A DNA stretch of 31,438 bases. It comes from Proteromonas lacertae (Eukaryota). The position numbers and the translations under genes were made by a program. This document shows positions 13,479 to 24,741 of this stretch, piece after piece; within the stretch, counting starts at the first letter, position 1; every line of letters begins with the position of its first letter. The stretch lies in NCBI GenBank assembly GCA_002245135.1, contig NGBS01000008.1, positions 186,001 to 217,438 on the forward strand, written 5' to 3'. The notes beneath the pieces are model-generated. The model did not search any database. It worked only from the letters and a program-made list of their open reading frames with translations, and was not told the DNA's origin.

Positions 13479-13544
13479 TAACTTTTTATTGTTTTTATTT
13501 TGATAATATAATTAGATAAAAGATATAAATGAAAATGAAATATT

Positions 13545-13562
13545 GAAACGAATATATTTTTG
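13545..13562 (+). promoter_or_regulatory. Intergenic motif copy GAAACGAATATATTTTTG
   Basis: Just upstream of the pseudokinase-LRR ATG; identical to 16088-16105. Confidence 0.55.
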
Positions 13563-13570
13563 GAATAAAA

Positions 13571-15954
13571 ATGAATCATGTTTTTAAAGACGACATACTA
13601 TCTTCATTATTACTATGTGATTCAAATGTATTTTTAAATGTATTTTTAATGTAATAGATAAAAGAGAGGATAGAAAAGAATAAAACTGAGCTAGATCTGA
13701 TAATAGAAGCTGAAAAGTGGTTTTAAAGATGTTGAAAATAATAGATGTTCATGACATAAAAGAGAAAAATATATTGAAAATAGCAGAGATACACAATATG
13801 GTGTTAGATTGTTGTTCATTTCTTACAGGTCCATCACAAATGTAACTTAATCGGGGATAATGTGATGATGTATGAGAGGTTCTATTATGATGTCGATTTA
13901 GAAGAGATAATTAGAAGTAAAACATTCTCAAACAGTGACATTTGTGATGTTATATATAGAATATGTAATATCTTGATGATATTTAGTGAAAATTATGTAA
14001 TGATGAATAATTTGAAGAGTTCAAATATAGCATATGAAGAAAATAACAATATGAAGTTATGTGATTTATATATAAATACTTTAAGAAAAGAAGAAGATAT
14101 GAAATTGTATGATATGTGCTTCAAAAGCCCAGAAGAATTGAATGGATTAGAATGCAATGAGAAAAGTGTGATTTGGTCAATTGGTTGTATATTATATGAA
14201 ATAATAAACAAGAGATTGCCATTTAATGAGAATGATAATATGAATAATACTCTGAGTAATATCATGAGATGTAAATACAGTTTTGATATAGAATGTGATG
14301 ATAAAATGAAAGAAATGATTTATAGAATGTTAAATTTGAAGAGTGAAGATAGATTGAATTTAACAGAGTTGAGAAAAGAGATAATAAAAATGAGTGAAAT
14401 GTTGAGAGATAAAGATCATACTTTAATGATATTTAAAGAAAGAAAAGATATATTATTTAATAGTGATTATGCAATTATTACACTTCCAATAGAATATCCA
14501 TCAGAATATTATTTTAAAAGAGGTGAAAGTGATAAAATAGGAGATGGTTTAATAATATCCTACAATAATAAACCAAATGAAAAAATACTCTCAATATTAT
14601 TATCATTTTATTTATACCATTATAATCATTCAATAAAAAACAAACTGAAATTTCAAATTCTGCATCAATGTAAAGACAGAAGAGAATGCTACTTAGATGA
14701 GATGTTATTTAGTATTGATAATCATTACGATAATGGAATGAAAGTTGAATCAGATAATTTTTGTTTTTGTGAAGAAGGAATTAATTACTTTTTTAGAATA
14801 TTGAAATTAATCAATCCACAAAAATTATCTTTTTGTATTGTTTTTAATATTTTAATTATTTAGGTGAAATAAATCTTCCAATCAAGTACCATTCATTATT
14901 TTGTCATTTTTCAAATCTACAAAGTTTAGGATTATATAGATGTAATTTTTCTTCAAGTTTTGTTGAATCATTTGTAAAATCAATTCCATTTATGAAATTG
15001 GAATATTTAGTTCTCCAAGGTATTTAATATGTTATTTATGTTGTTTTGAAATAGATATTCCAATTGGCCCAAAAGGATTTAAATTCTTACTTCCATATTT
15101 ACATTTATTAATCAATAAAGAGAATGAATTAGATTTAGAAGGAATGGATTTAGATGATGAATCAATGATACTATTATCAGAAGAATTATCTAAATATCCA
15201 AATGTTAAGAAAATATTTATTAGATATAATGAAAATATTCATTCAGTTGGATTAAAAGCTTTGTTTTCCAAATTTCCTATTTCAGAAGTATGGTTTGATT
15301 TCAATGGAAGTAAAGAATTATTGATAGATAAAGACATTCCAGAAATACTCACACATATCAAAGTTTGGTACAAAGCATTAGAACTAAATGATTTGGAAAT
15401 TGATGATGATTTTTTCAAAGCATTCATTGAATTAAGAAGAAGAGAATTGGGAGAATTTTGGAGATTACATTTTAACAGTATGATTTTATGTTATTCTACT
15501 ATTTAGATAATAAACTAACATATAAAAGTATAGAATTATTGATGAACAAATTATCTTCATTTTCAAATCTTGAACATCTTGAATTATATGGAAATGAAAT
15601 AGGAGATGAAGGAATAAAATTAGTAATTCCACATTTAGGTTTATTAAGGCGTTATAGTGATGAGTATCGTGATTGTTCATTAAACTGTTCTAGTATAATA
15701 TTAATAATGAAATGCAATAGAAATGGGATTATCTTTAGATGGATTGAAATATTTATTAAGTAGTTTAAAGAAAGGGAAGATAAAAGAACTTGATATAAGT
15801 GGTAATATAATTGATTCATCTGGAAAAGAGTATTTAAAGAATTATGTAAAAGAGAATGATAATATTGAAAGTCTAATCATTGATAGTATTTAAAGTATAT
15901 TGTTTTATTTGTATAATAGATAATACAATTTATAAATCAAGATCGAAGAATTGA
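13571..15954 (+). CDS. NEK-like pseudokinase fused to RNI-like leucine-rich repeats; 5' part frame-disrupted
   Basis: MNNLKSSNI (HRDLK position), KLCDLY (DFG position), SPE, SVIWSIGCILYE; LRRs LEHLELYGNEIGDEG and IKELDISGNIIDSSG; short introns in the 3' half; stops and indels at 13700-13860. Confidence 0.7.
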
Positions 15955-16087
15955 AAGATGAAACATAATTAGCTTTATTTATGTTTTGCTTTAAGCAACT
16001 CATAATACATAGATGTTTTAAATTGTATATAATGTTTTGGGTGAGATTTCTATTGTTATTAACGTTTTATAATGTGTAACTGAACTC

Positions 16088-16105
16088 GAAACGAATATAT
16101 TTTTG
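16088..16105 (+). promoter_or_regulatory. Intergenic motif copy GAAACGAATATATTTTTG
   Basis: Between two convergent 3' ends. Confidence 0.5.
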
Positions 16106-16219
16106 AAATAATTATTTTTGATATTAATTCATCACAAGTACCATAAAAATGATGAACATTTATTAAACCTATCACAAATAATCAAATCAAACATAAAAGT
16201 AATAATTAATTAACAAAAT

Positions 16220-16779
16220 TTAATAACCAAGTAAACTCCACAATCCAGCACTATTACTATTTCCATTTCCTGAATTAGGAGAATTTTTCTGAGATATATC
16301 ATTCAACTTCTTTATTTGAACCTTTGCTACTTCCACTTCATTCATCAAACTTCTATTCTCATGTTTCAACTCATTTATTTTCTTATTTAAAAACTCAATT
16401 TCTTCATTATCATTAGAATATTCTATTCTTGGAGATTGAGAGACTGTTTTTCCTTTTACTTTATAATTATTATTATCTCTTTCCAAATTTTTCACTCTTT
16501 TTTCTAATTCTTTCTTTTGATAAGTTATTTCATTATATTTTTCTTCTAATTCAATATGACTTTCTTTTAATTTCTCAAATTCTTCTGTTTGAGTATTTTC
16601 TTGTAACAATTCATTATAAAGTTTCAATATTTTATTATACTCTTCTTTCTTAACTGTTTCTTCTTCTATTCTTTCTAATTCATTGTATTTTTCTAATAAA
16701 TTGTTATATTCATCTTTACTAACAGTGTTATATGTGTTTTCTTTTGATTCTTTCAATTTTTTCTATTTAATATTCATAA

Positions 16780-16819
<40 letters not shown>

Positions 16820-19800
16820 GTTATATACTTCTAATTCATTGATTCTTTCTTCTAATTGATTATATTCGGCTTTATTAAACATTGTACTTGTTTTAGCTTT
16901 TAATAATTCATTTTGACTTGATAAATTGTTAATTTGATTCTTTAAATTCTCTATTTCACTTTCCATTTTCTGTTTATCACTTACTATTGACAGTAATTTG
17001 TTATGAAGTTCATCTGAATCATTTGCACTTAATCTGGTGGATAATTGACTGTTTAAATCTTCTATTTGATTATATAATTCCTTCATTTCATCATTATGCT
17101 TCTTTTCTTGCTCTTCATAATAATCAATTTGAACTTTTTGATTTTTTACCATTTCATCTAATTCGTTACACTTTGTTTCACTATTTTTGAATTTTTCCAC
17201 TAACTGTTGTATTTTTGCACCAACTGTATTGTACTTTCCATTAACTTCATTATATTTGTTCTCTAATTCTTTAAATTCATCTTCACTTTTCATTTCATCA
17301 ATCTGTTTTTCTAATTCTTCTATCTTTTTAGTTTTTTCATCAGCTGTATCTTGTAGATCCTTCAATACCATCTAAAATGGTATATATATAATATATATAT
17401 AATACATCTAATAAGTTATATTGTTCTTGTAATTCTTCATATTTCGATTTAGATACTGTTTTATCATTGTTATTTTGTTTATTTGGTGAAGATTGTGATG
17501 AATTTGATTTATCATTATACTATTCAATATATAATATATAACACATAAAATATTTTTTATAATATATATATACTTTCATTAATAAATCATTGTAAAGCAT
17601 TATCTTTTGCTTGTAATTGCTGTTGTATAGAATCATATGAATCATCATACAAAGAAACAATTTGTTTTGGATTGACAAAGGTAATTTGAATATTCTCATT
17701 TTCATTTTCATTATTATTATTACTTTGTTTCATTTCGTTTATTTGCTTTTCATATTCTTGACATTTCATTTCGCTTACTTTAAACTTTTCAATTAATTCC
17801 TTTGTTCTTACACCTACAGATGTATACTTGTCACTTATAATCTTTAGTCTATTCTCTAATTCATTATATTCTTCAATTGATTTCATATTTTTCATTTTTT
17901 CTTTCATTTCATTTATTTCTTCTTCTTTGTTATTATCTGAAGATGTATTAGTGGATATTTTGTTATTTTCTAATTCCATTATTATTGTGTTTTTCTCTAT
18001 TAATTCATTCGACAGTTTTTCATATTCTTCTTTCAATGAATTCAATTCATTCTCCAATATTTCATTTTGAGACTTCAAATCTAATAACAGTAATGAATTT
18101 TCATTATTTTCATTGCTATTCTTAGATCCATTTGTCTATTAATAGATAATTATAATATATATATATACTATTATATCATCATAACTGTTTTGTATGATTT
18201 CCACTTGATTCTCAGCATCTTTCAACTTTTCCTCTAATTCGTTATACTCTTCGATAGTTTTCATTGACTTTATCTTTTCTTTTAATTCCTTTACTTCACT
18301 ATCATTTCCATTTTGTTGTTCTTGTTGTTGTTGTTTCAACTCTTCTATTTCTGCTTTTATTCTATTTATCTCTTCGTTTTTATCATTTATTTCATTCTCC
18401 TTCTCTATATTAATTCTCTCTATTTCTTCTTCCTTTTCTTTTAATCTCTTCTCCAATTCATTATATTCTTCTATACTTTTCATATTATTCATCTTTTCTT
18501 TTAATTCCTTTACTTCACTATCATTTCCATTCTCTTGTTGTTGTTGTTGTTTCAATTCTTCAAGTCCTGACTTAATTTGATTTATTTCAATTTCTTTTTC
18601 TTTCAATCTTTCCTCCAATTCATTATATCTTCTACAGACTTCATTTCACTGATCTTTTCTTCTAATTTCCTTAGTTCTTCATTCAACTTATCTACCTTTT
18701 CTCTCATTTCCTTTATTTCTATTGTTTTATCATCATCACTTTTCAATTTATCTTTAAATTCATTTATCTGTTTCTCTAAATTCACAATAGTTTCATTTTG
18801 CTTGTTAATTATTACATTATCTTCTTCTCTTGTTTGGTTTAGACTATTTTCTATTTCATCTGTTTTATCTTTAATATCATTATAATCTGCATTAACCAAA
18901 TCAAATTGTCTCTTTAACACATCATAGGAGTTGTCTTTCATGACTATTATATCATATTCATTATAACTATTCATCTTATTATAATCATCATATTTCTTCA
19001 ATTTATTCTCTAATTCTTTGAACTCTTCAATTGATATTGTTGATTGTTTAATTTCACCTAATTGTAATACATATTGTTGTATTTCATTATCTTTTATTTC
19101 TATCTGTTTATTAATATCTAAATATTCATTTTTCATTGATTCTATTTCACTCTTTAGATTGTCTATTTGTTTATTCAAACTGTTAACTACATTCTGATTT
19201 TGTTCTTTTGTTTGTTCAAGTAGTAGTTGTAATTGTTCATACTTTGTATCCTTTTGTGATAACTCATTTACTAATACGTTATAATCTTCAATTGTTTTTG
19301 AATCTTTCATCATTGACTTCAACTCTTCTATTTCTGCATTCTTTTGAGTTATTGTTAATTCACTATTTTTGTATTTTGTTATTAATTCTTTTGTTTTTTC
19401 ACCAATTTTAGAATACTATTTAGAATTATTTAAAAATTATACTTTTTCATTTAATGAGTTGAATTTATTCTCCAATTCATTATATTCTTCTATACTCTTC
19501 ATATCACTTATTTTTACTTTCAATTGAGTTATTTCAGTTTCATTGTTACTTAGTTGTTGTATTAGGTTCTGTATTTCATTTACTAACTCATTATATTCTT
19601 CTAAGCTTTTCATATTATTCATCTTCTCTTTCAATTTTGTCAATTCATTCTCTATATTCTCTTTTTCTTTTTCAATTTCTATTTTCTGCTGTTTTAATTC
19701 TTCTAATTCTGCTTTAATTTTATTCATTTCTTCAATTATTTCATTTTCATTCTCTTTTTCTTTGTTTATTCTCTCTATTTCTTCTTTCAATCTATTCTCT

Positions 19801-21733
19801 ACTTCATTATATTCTTCTACAGACTTCATTTCACTGATCTTTTCTTCTAATTTCTCATTCTCAGCTTTATATAACTCTATTTTATTATTATTTTCAACAT
19901 TTATTTCATCTATTCTACTCTCCAACTTCTTTATTTCTTCATTTTTGTTGTTAATTTCTTCCATCAATTGATTAATCTTTTCATTCTCTATTTCAAGTGA
20001 TGAGTTTAATTCCATTTCTTTTTCCTCTACTTCTTTCCTTCTAACATCTTTTAATTCATTAATTTCACTTTCTAATTGAGTGATTCTCTCTTTACCTTTA
20101 CTTATTTCACTATTTCTATTATTTAACTCTTCTTCTTTCTCATTCAATTTATTCTCAATCTCTTTCAAATGTAAATCAAATTCTTCAGTATTCAGTTTAT
20201 TAATGCTCTCAATTTGTTTTATATATCTCTTGAATAGAAGATAATTGAGCGGATAATATATTATTTTCCACTCTATAAGATTGAACTTCTTCATTTGACA
20301 TGGTGTAATTTTCACTTATAAAATTCTCAATTTCTAATTCTAAACTATTATATTTCTCATATAATTCATTATATTCACTTATTGATATTACTGATGGAGT
20401 TGATATATCAGAATATACACTGAAATTGTTATTATATATCTGTAAAGGAATTGATGAAGTTGATAAGGCTTGATACTGGCTTGAGAGTAATACATATTGT
20501 TGATTGATATTGATTGGTATTTGATCATTATAACAATAATTATTACTACCATTAGTGGATTTTAATTGGTCTATTTCTACAGTAAACTTTAATATTTCTT
20601 CATCTTTCATTTTTATTAATTCATCTTTTGATTTTATATTTTCGTTTATTTCTGTTATTCTTTCATCATATTCTAATTTGTTTTGTTTTAATTCATTTTC
20701 TAACTTTTCTATTGTATTATTTCTATCATTTAATAATCCTTCTAATTCATTATATTCTTCTATACTTTTCATATTATTGATTTTATCTCTAAGCTCTTTT
20801 ATCACTTCATTATCTGATTCATTTTGCTGTTCTTTCAATTCATTTATTTCATTTTCTAATAAGGATTTTGATTTTTCTATTTCTTCTTTTGCTTTAATTA
20901 TTTCTGAGTTTTCTTGAGTAAAGTTATTCAATTTTTCTTGAAGTTCATTTATCTCCATTTTATAGGTATTTTCTTCTTCTTTTCTTCTGTTTAATTCATT
21001 CTCTATATCCTCTTTTCTTTTTTCAATCTCTTCTTTCTTTAGTTTCAATTCTTCTAACTCAATTTTTATATTATTTATCTCTTCATTTCTTTCATTCAAT
21101 TCATTTTCTTTGTCTTTCAAACTATTCTCTAATTCATTATATTCTTCTATACTTTTCATATTATTCATCTTTTCTTTTAATTCCTTTACTTCATTTTCAT
21201 TACCATTTTGTTGTTCTTGTTGTTGTTGTTTCAACTTTTCTATTTCTGCTTTTATTCTATTTATCTCTTCATTTTTATCATTTATTTCATTCTCTTTCTC
21301 TTTTAATAGATTCTCTAATTCATTATACTCTTCTATACTCTTCATATTATTGATTTTATCTTTGACTTCATTCTCCAAATTTTCTTTTTCTTCTGCAATA
21401 GCTTCTTTATATTGTTTCAATTCTTCAATTTCTGTTTTCATTCTATTAATTTCTTCATTTCTTTGATTCAATTCACTTTCTTTTTCTTTTAGTTTATTCT
21501 CCAATTCATTATACTCTTCAATAGACTTCATTTTATTCAACCTTTCCTTCAATTCCTTCAATTCATTTTCAACACTATTCTTTATGCCATCCTGTTCTTG
21601 CTGCTGTTGTTTCAATTCTTCTATTTCATTTTCTTTGTCTTTCAAACTATTCTCTAATTCATATATTCTTCTATACTTTTCATATTATTATTTTTTTTTT
21701 CTTTATTATTATTTTTTTTTTTTTTTTTTTGTT

Positions 21734-21796
<63 letters not shown>

Positions 21797-22679
21797 CTTT
21801 GTCTTTCAAACTATTCTCTAATTCATTATATTCTTCTATACTCTTCATATTATTGATTTTTTCTCTTAATTCATTCAATTTGTTCTCATTTCCATTCTCA
21901 TTATCTGATTGTTGTTGTTGTTGTTGACTTTTCATTTCTTCTATCTCATTCTCCAATCGCTTAATCATCTCGTCTTTCTCTTTCACTATTTCATTTTCTT
22001 TCATTTCATATTCTTCTAGTTTCTTCTTCATTTCAGTCATCTTCATATCTGAATCCATTAACATATCTCTTTGATTCATAAAAGTTTCTTCTAATTGATT
22101 ATATTCTTCTATTGATTTCATTGTTGAGAGTTTATCACCAATTAAATTGATTTGTTTCACTAATTCATTATTTTCATTTTCTTTAACATTTATTTGTTTT
22201 TTACATTCCTGTAAGTTTGATTCACTTTCTTTATATTTCTTTATTAAATCTTTTGTTTTTGAAGTGATGGAGGTAATCTTATCTTCTAATATTCTATTCT
22301 TTTCTTCCAGTTGTTTGTATTTATCCAATGATATTACATTATCACCAGCAGATTTATCTTCTTTCTCTCCTTCTTTTTCTTCTTCTTCATTATTATTATT
22401 GTTTAATATTGATACATCTTTTACATTGGTATTCTCCAACTCTTTTATTCTAGTTTGTAACGCATCTATTTCAAAATCTTTGGAACTGATTGATTCTTCA
22501 TATTCTTTGATTGTTGATTCATTCTTTTTACATTTTGTGATTAATTCTTTCATTTTTGTTAGAAAGCTGTTGTACTATTTCAATAATAATTATTATTATT
22601 ATACTTTATCATTTAATGTTTGATATTTTGTTTCAAGTTCTTCATATTCTTCTAAAGATTTCATTTCACTACTACCTCC

Positions 22680-22710
<31 letters not shown>

Positions 22711-23316
22711 CCTGATGATTGTTTTTCTTTTAATTCTTTTAGTTCTTTTTCTGCTTGCTTGTATTTAGCTACTAATTTCATTGTTTTCTCATTTAAAGAA
22801 TCAAATTCTGATTTGGGTATCATATCTTGTGGAGTTTTATCAGATAGTTCTGGACTAATCTACAGATATATATTTTATAATATTTATAGTGATATATACT
22901 TCGCTACTACTAGATCTGTTCAAACTCATATCTAAAGGTTGACCTTTCAATTTTGCAAGTTCTTCCTATTAATATGAATAGTGATATTTACATACTTGCA
23001 TTTCTTTTTCCTTTTTAACTAAAACTTTTGTCTTTTTCAAAATCTTTGTATACTATACTGTATAAATATTATAAATACATTTGTATTCGCTTCTTCATAT
23101 TTTTTCTTCCAATCTTCTTGGTGATTTTCGTTCCACCAACTAATAAGTAAATCTAAGTTTAACTCGTCAGGAATTGGAGTTGAATCGGCTAAATATATTT
23201 ATTAGAACTATACACGAAATATGTTTCAAAAAATTCACGAAGATTTGACGAAGTGATTCTAAACCTATTAATATCAAGATTATTTTGCTTATACTATTAC
23301 TATCTTCTGTAGACAT
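16220..23316 (-). CDS. Giant (~2,200 aa) repetitive coiled-coil protein; about 11 introns and several probable assembly frameshifts
   Basis: Consecutive minus-strand ORFs 16220-22823 joined by GTAT..TAG introns; spliced start MSTEDSNSLESLRQIFVNFLKHISSDSTPIPDELNLDLLISWW; ends GLWSLLGY*. Confidence 0.8.
16779..16819. repeat. (AAT)n microsatellite inside a 66-nt intron (16763-16828)
   Basis: About 13 AAT units; this intron is about twice the typical length. Confidence 0.8.
17860..22670 (-). repeat. Degenerate coding repeat MKS(I/V/L)EEYNELE(N/E/K)xLK
   Basis: Recurs more than 12 times at irregular spacing (plus-strand word aattcattatattcttctatacttttcat); also in the paralog at 23542-24654. Confidence 0.85.
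21691..21797. repeat. Poly-T low-complexity tract, probable basecalling/assembly artefact
   Basis: About 105 nt, nearly all T, lying between two copies of the coding repeat where a normal repeat unit is expected. Confidence 0.7.
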
Positions 23317-23396
23317 ATTTGATATTCTTAAATTGTTGTATAAAATGCTTTATACGAGTGAAAAAACACACAAAGAAGAAAATTCCAAAAATTATT

Positions 23397-23414
23397 AAAA
23401 AATATAGTCGTTTC
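23397..23414 (-). promoter_or_regulatory. Intergenic motif copy GAAACGACTATATTTTTT
   Basis: About 80 nt upstream of the giant gene ATG. Confidence 0.55.
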
Positions 23415-23541
23415 GTTTTCAATAAATTCAAAATTTAATTATATATTTGATTTCTATAAAATATATATAGCAAAAGGTATGAAATAAATCACATATAACA
23501 TTTATATAATAATTATTAACTATTCAACTGATTAAAAACAA

Positions 23542-24654
23542 TTATTCAAAATCTCTCCTATACTCAACACTCAATACTGGAAACAATTTAAATTCATTAT
23601 TCTTTTTACTACATTCTTCTATACTCTTAGAATAATTAGTTTTTTCCTTTAACTCTTTTAACTTATTCTCTTTTTCATACAATTTATTTAATATGTCATT
23701 ATATTCGTTAATACTTTTCATTTCATCAAATTGACTTTCATACATTGATAATTTTTCTTCTTTCTTTATTACTTCTTCTTTCAATACATTATATTCTTCT
23801 ACACTTTTCATATTAATGACTTTCTCTCTCAACTCATTCAATTCATTTTCAATTTTACTCTCTTGTTGATGTTGTTTCAATTCTTCCATTTCCATCATTA
23901 TTCTATTTATCTCTTCTTTCTTTTCATTTAATTCATTTTCTTTCTCTTCATCCTTTTCTTTCAATCTTTCCTCTAATTTACTATATTCTTCTATACTTTT
24001 CATATTATTGATTTTATCTCTAAGTTCTTTTATCACTTCATTTTCTGATTTATTCTGTAGTATTTTCAATATTGACTTACATTCTTTCATTTCCGTTTTG
24101 ATTTGATTAATTTCTTCATTTTTCATGTTTAACTCATTCTCTTTTTCATACAATTCATTTAATAATTCATTATATTCTTCTATGCTTTTCATTTCATCGA
24201 ATTGACTTTCATACATTAATATTTGTTGTTCTTTTTCCTTTAATTTATTCTCTAACTCATCTAGTCGTTTATAATGATTTAACTTCATTTTAGCATCTTC
24301 ATATTTCTTTGTTAAATCAGTTATTTTTATTTCTGCTAATGTTATAATCTCTTCCAACCCTTTATTCTTTTCTTCTAATTCTTCATAATATTCTTGTTTT
24401 TCAGTTAAAATTTTAAGTGCTTTCTTAGTTTCACGGAATTGCTTCTTATATTCACGATGATTTTTGTCCCACCAATTAATAAGTATTGCTAATTTCAATT
24501 CATCAGGAATTGGGGTTGAATTAGCTAAATATACACTCATTTAAAATATACGAGAAATATATTTCAAAAAATTCACAAATGTTGAATGCAGTGCTTTTAA
24601 GCCTATTCACATCAATAAAATTCTGTTTATACTATTACTTTCTTCTGTAGACAT
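23542..24654 (-). CDS. Short tandem paralog of the giant coiled-coil gene (~350 aa; 2 introns)
   Basis: MSTEESNSLKALHSTFVNFLKYISPNSTPIPDELKLAILINWW matches the giant gene's N-terminus with the same two intron positions; contains MKSIEEYNEL repeats. Confidence 0.85.
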
Positions 24655-24674
24655 AATTTTTCTTTTTATTACTG

Positions 24675-24690
24675 AAAATATACTCGTTTC
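24675..24690 (-). promoter_or_regulatory. Intergenic motif copy GAAACGAGTATATTTT
   Basis: In the 87-bp divergent gap between the paralog and Hsp70. Confidence 0.55.
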
Positions 24691-24741
24691 ATTCACACTT
24701 TTTTTTAGTTCACTTTTTCATATAATAAGAATTAGAAGAAC

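Noticed and set aside
13430..13480. AOX stop created by polyadenylation (Blastocystis-type)
   Set aside because: A TATTTGTT-like word overlaps the end, but a genomic TAA exists and the spacing does not clearly produce TAA; every complete gene model here has a genomic stop
21691..21797. Poly-T tract / poly-Lys ORF as a retroelement tail or real poly-K segment
   Set aside because: It replaces one unit of the coding repeat, keeps ghost bases of it (gttg) and sits beside an indel; typical long-read consensus artefact
17860..22670. Repeated ~28-nt word resembling a CRISPR array
   Set aside because: Degenerate at synonymous positions, irregular long spacing, in frame within a eukaryotic CDS, no cas genes
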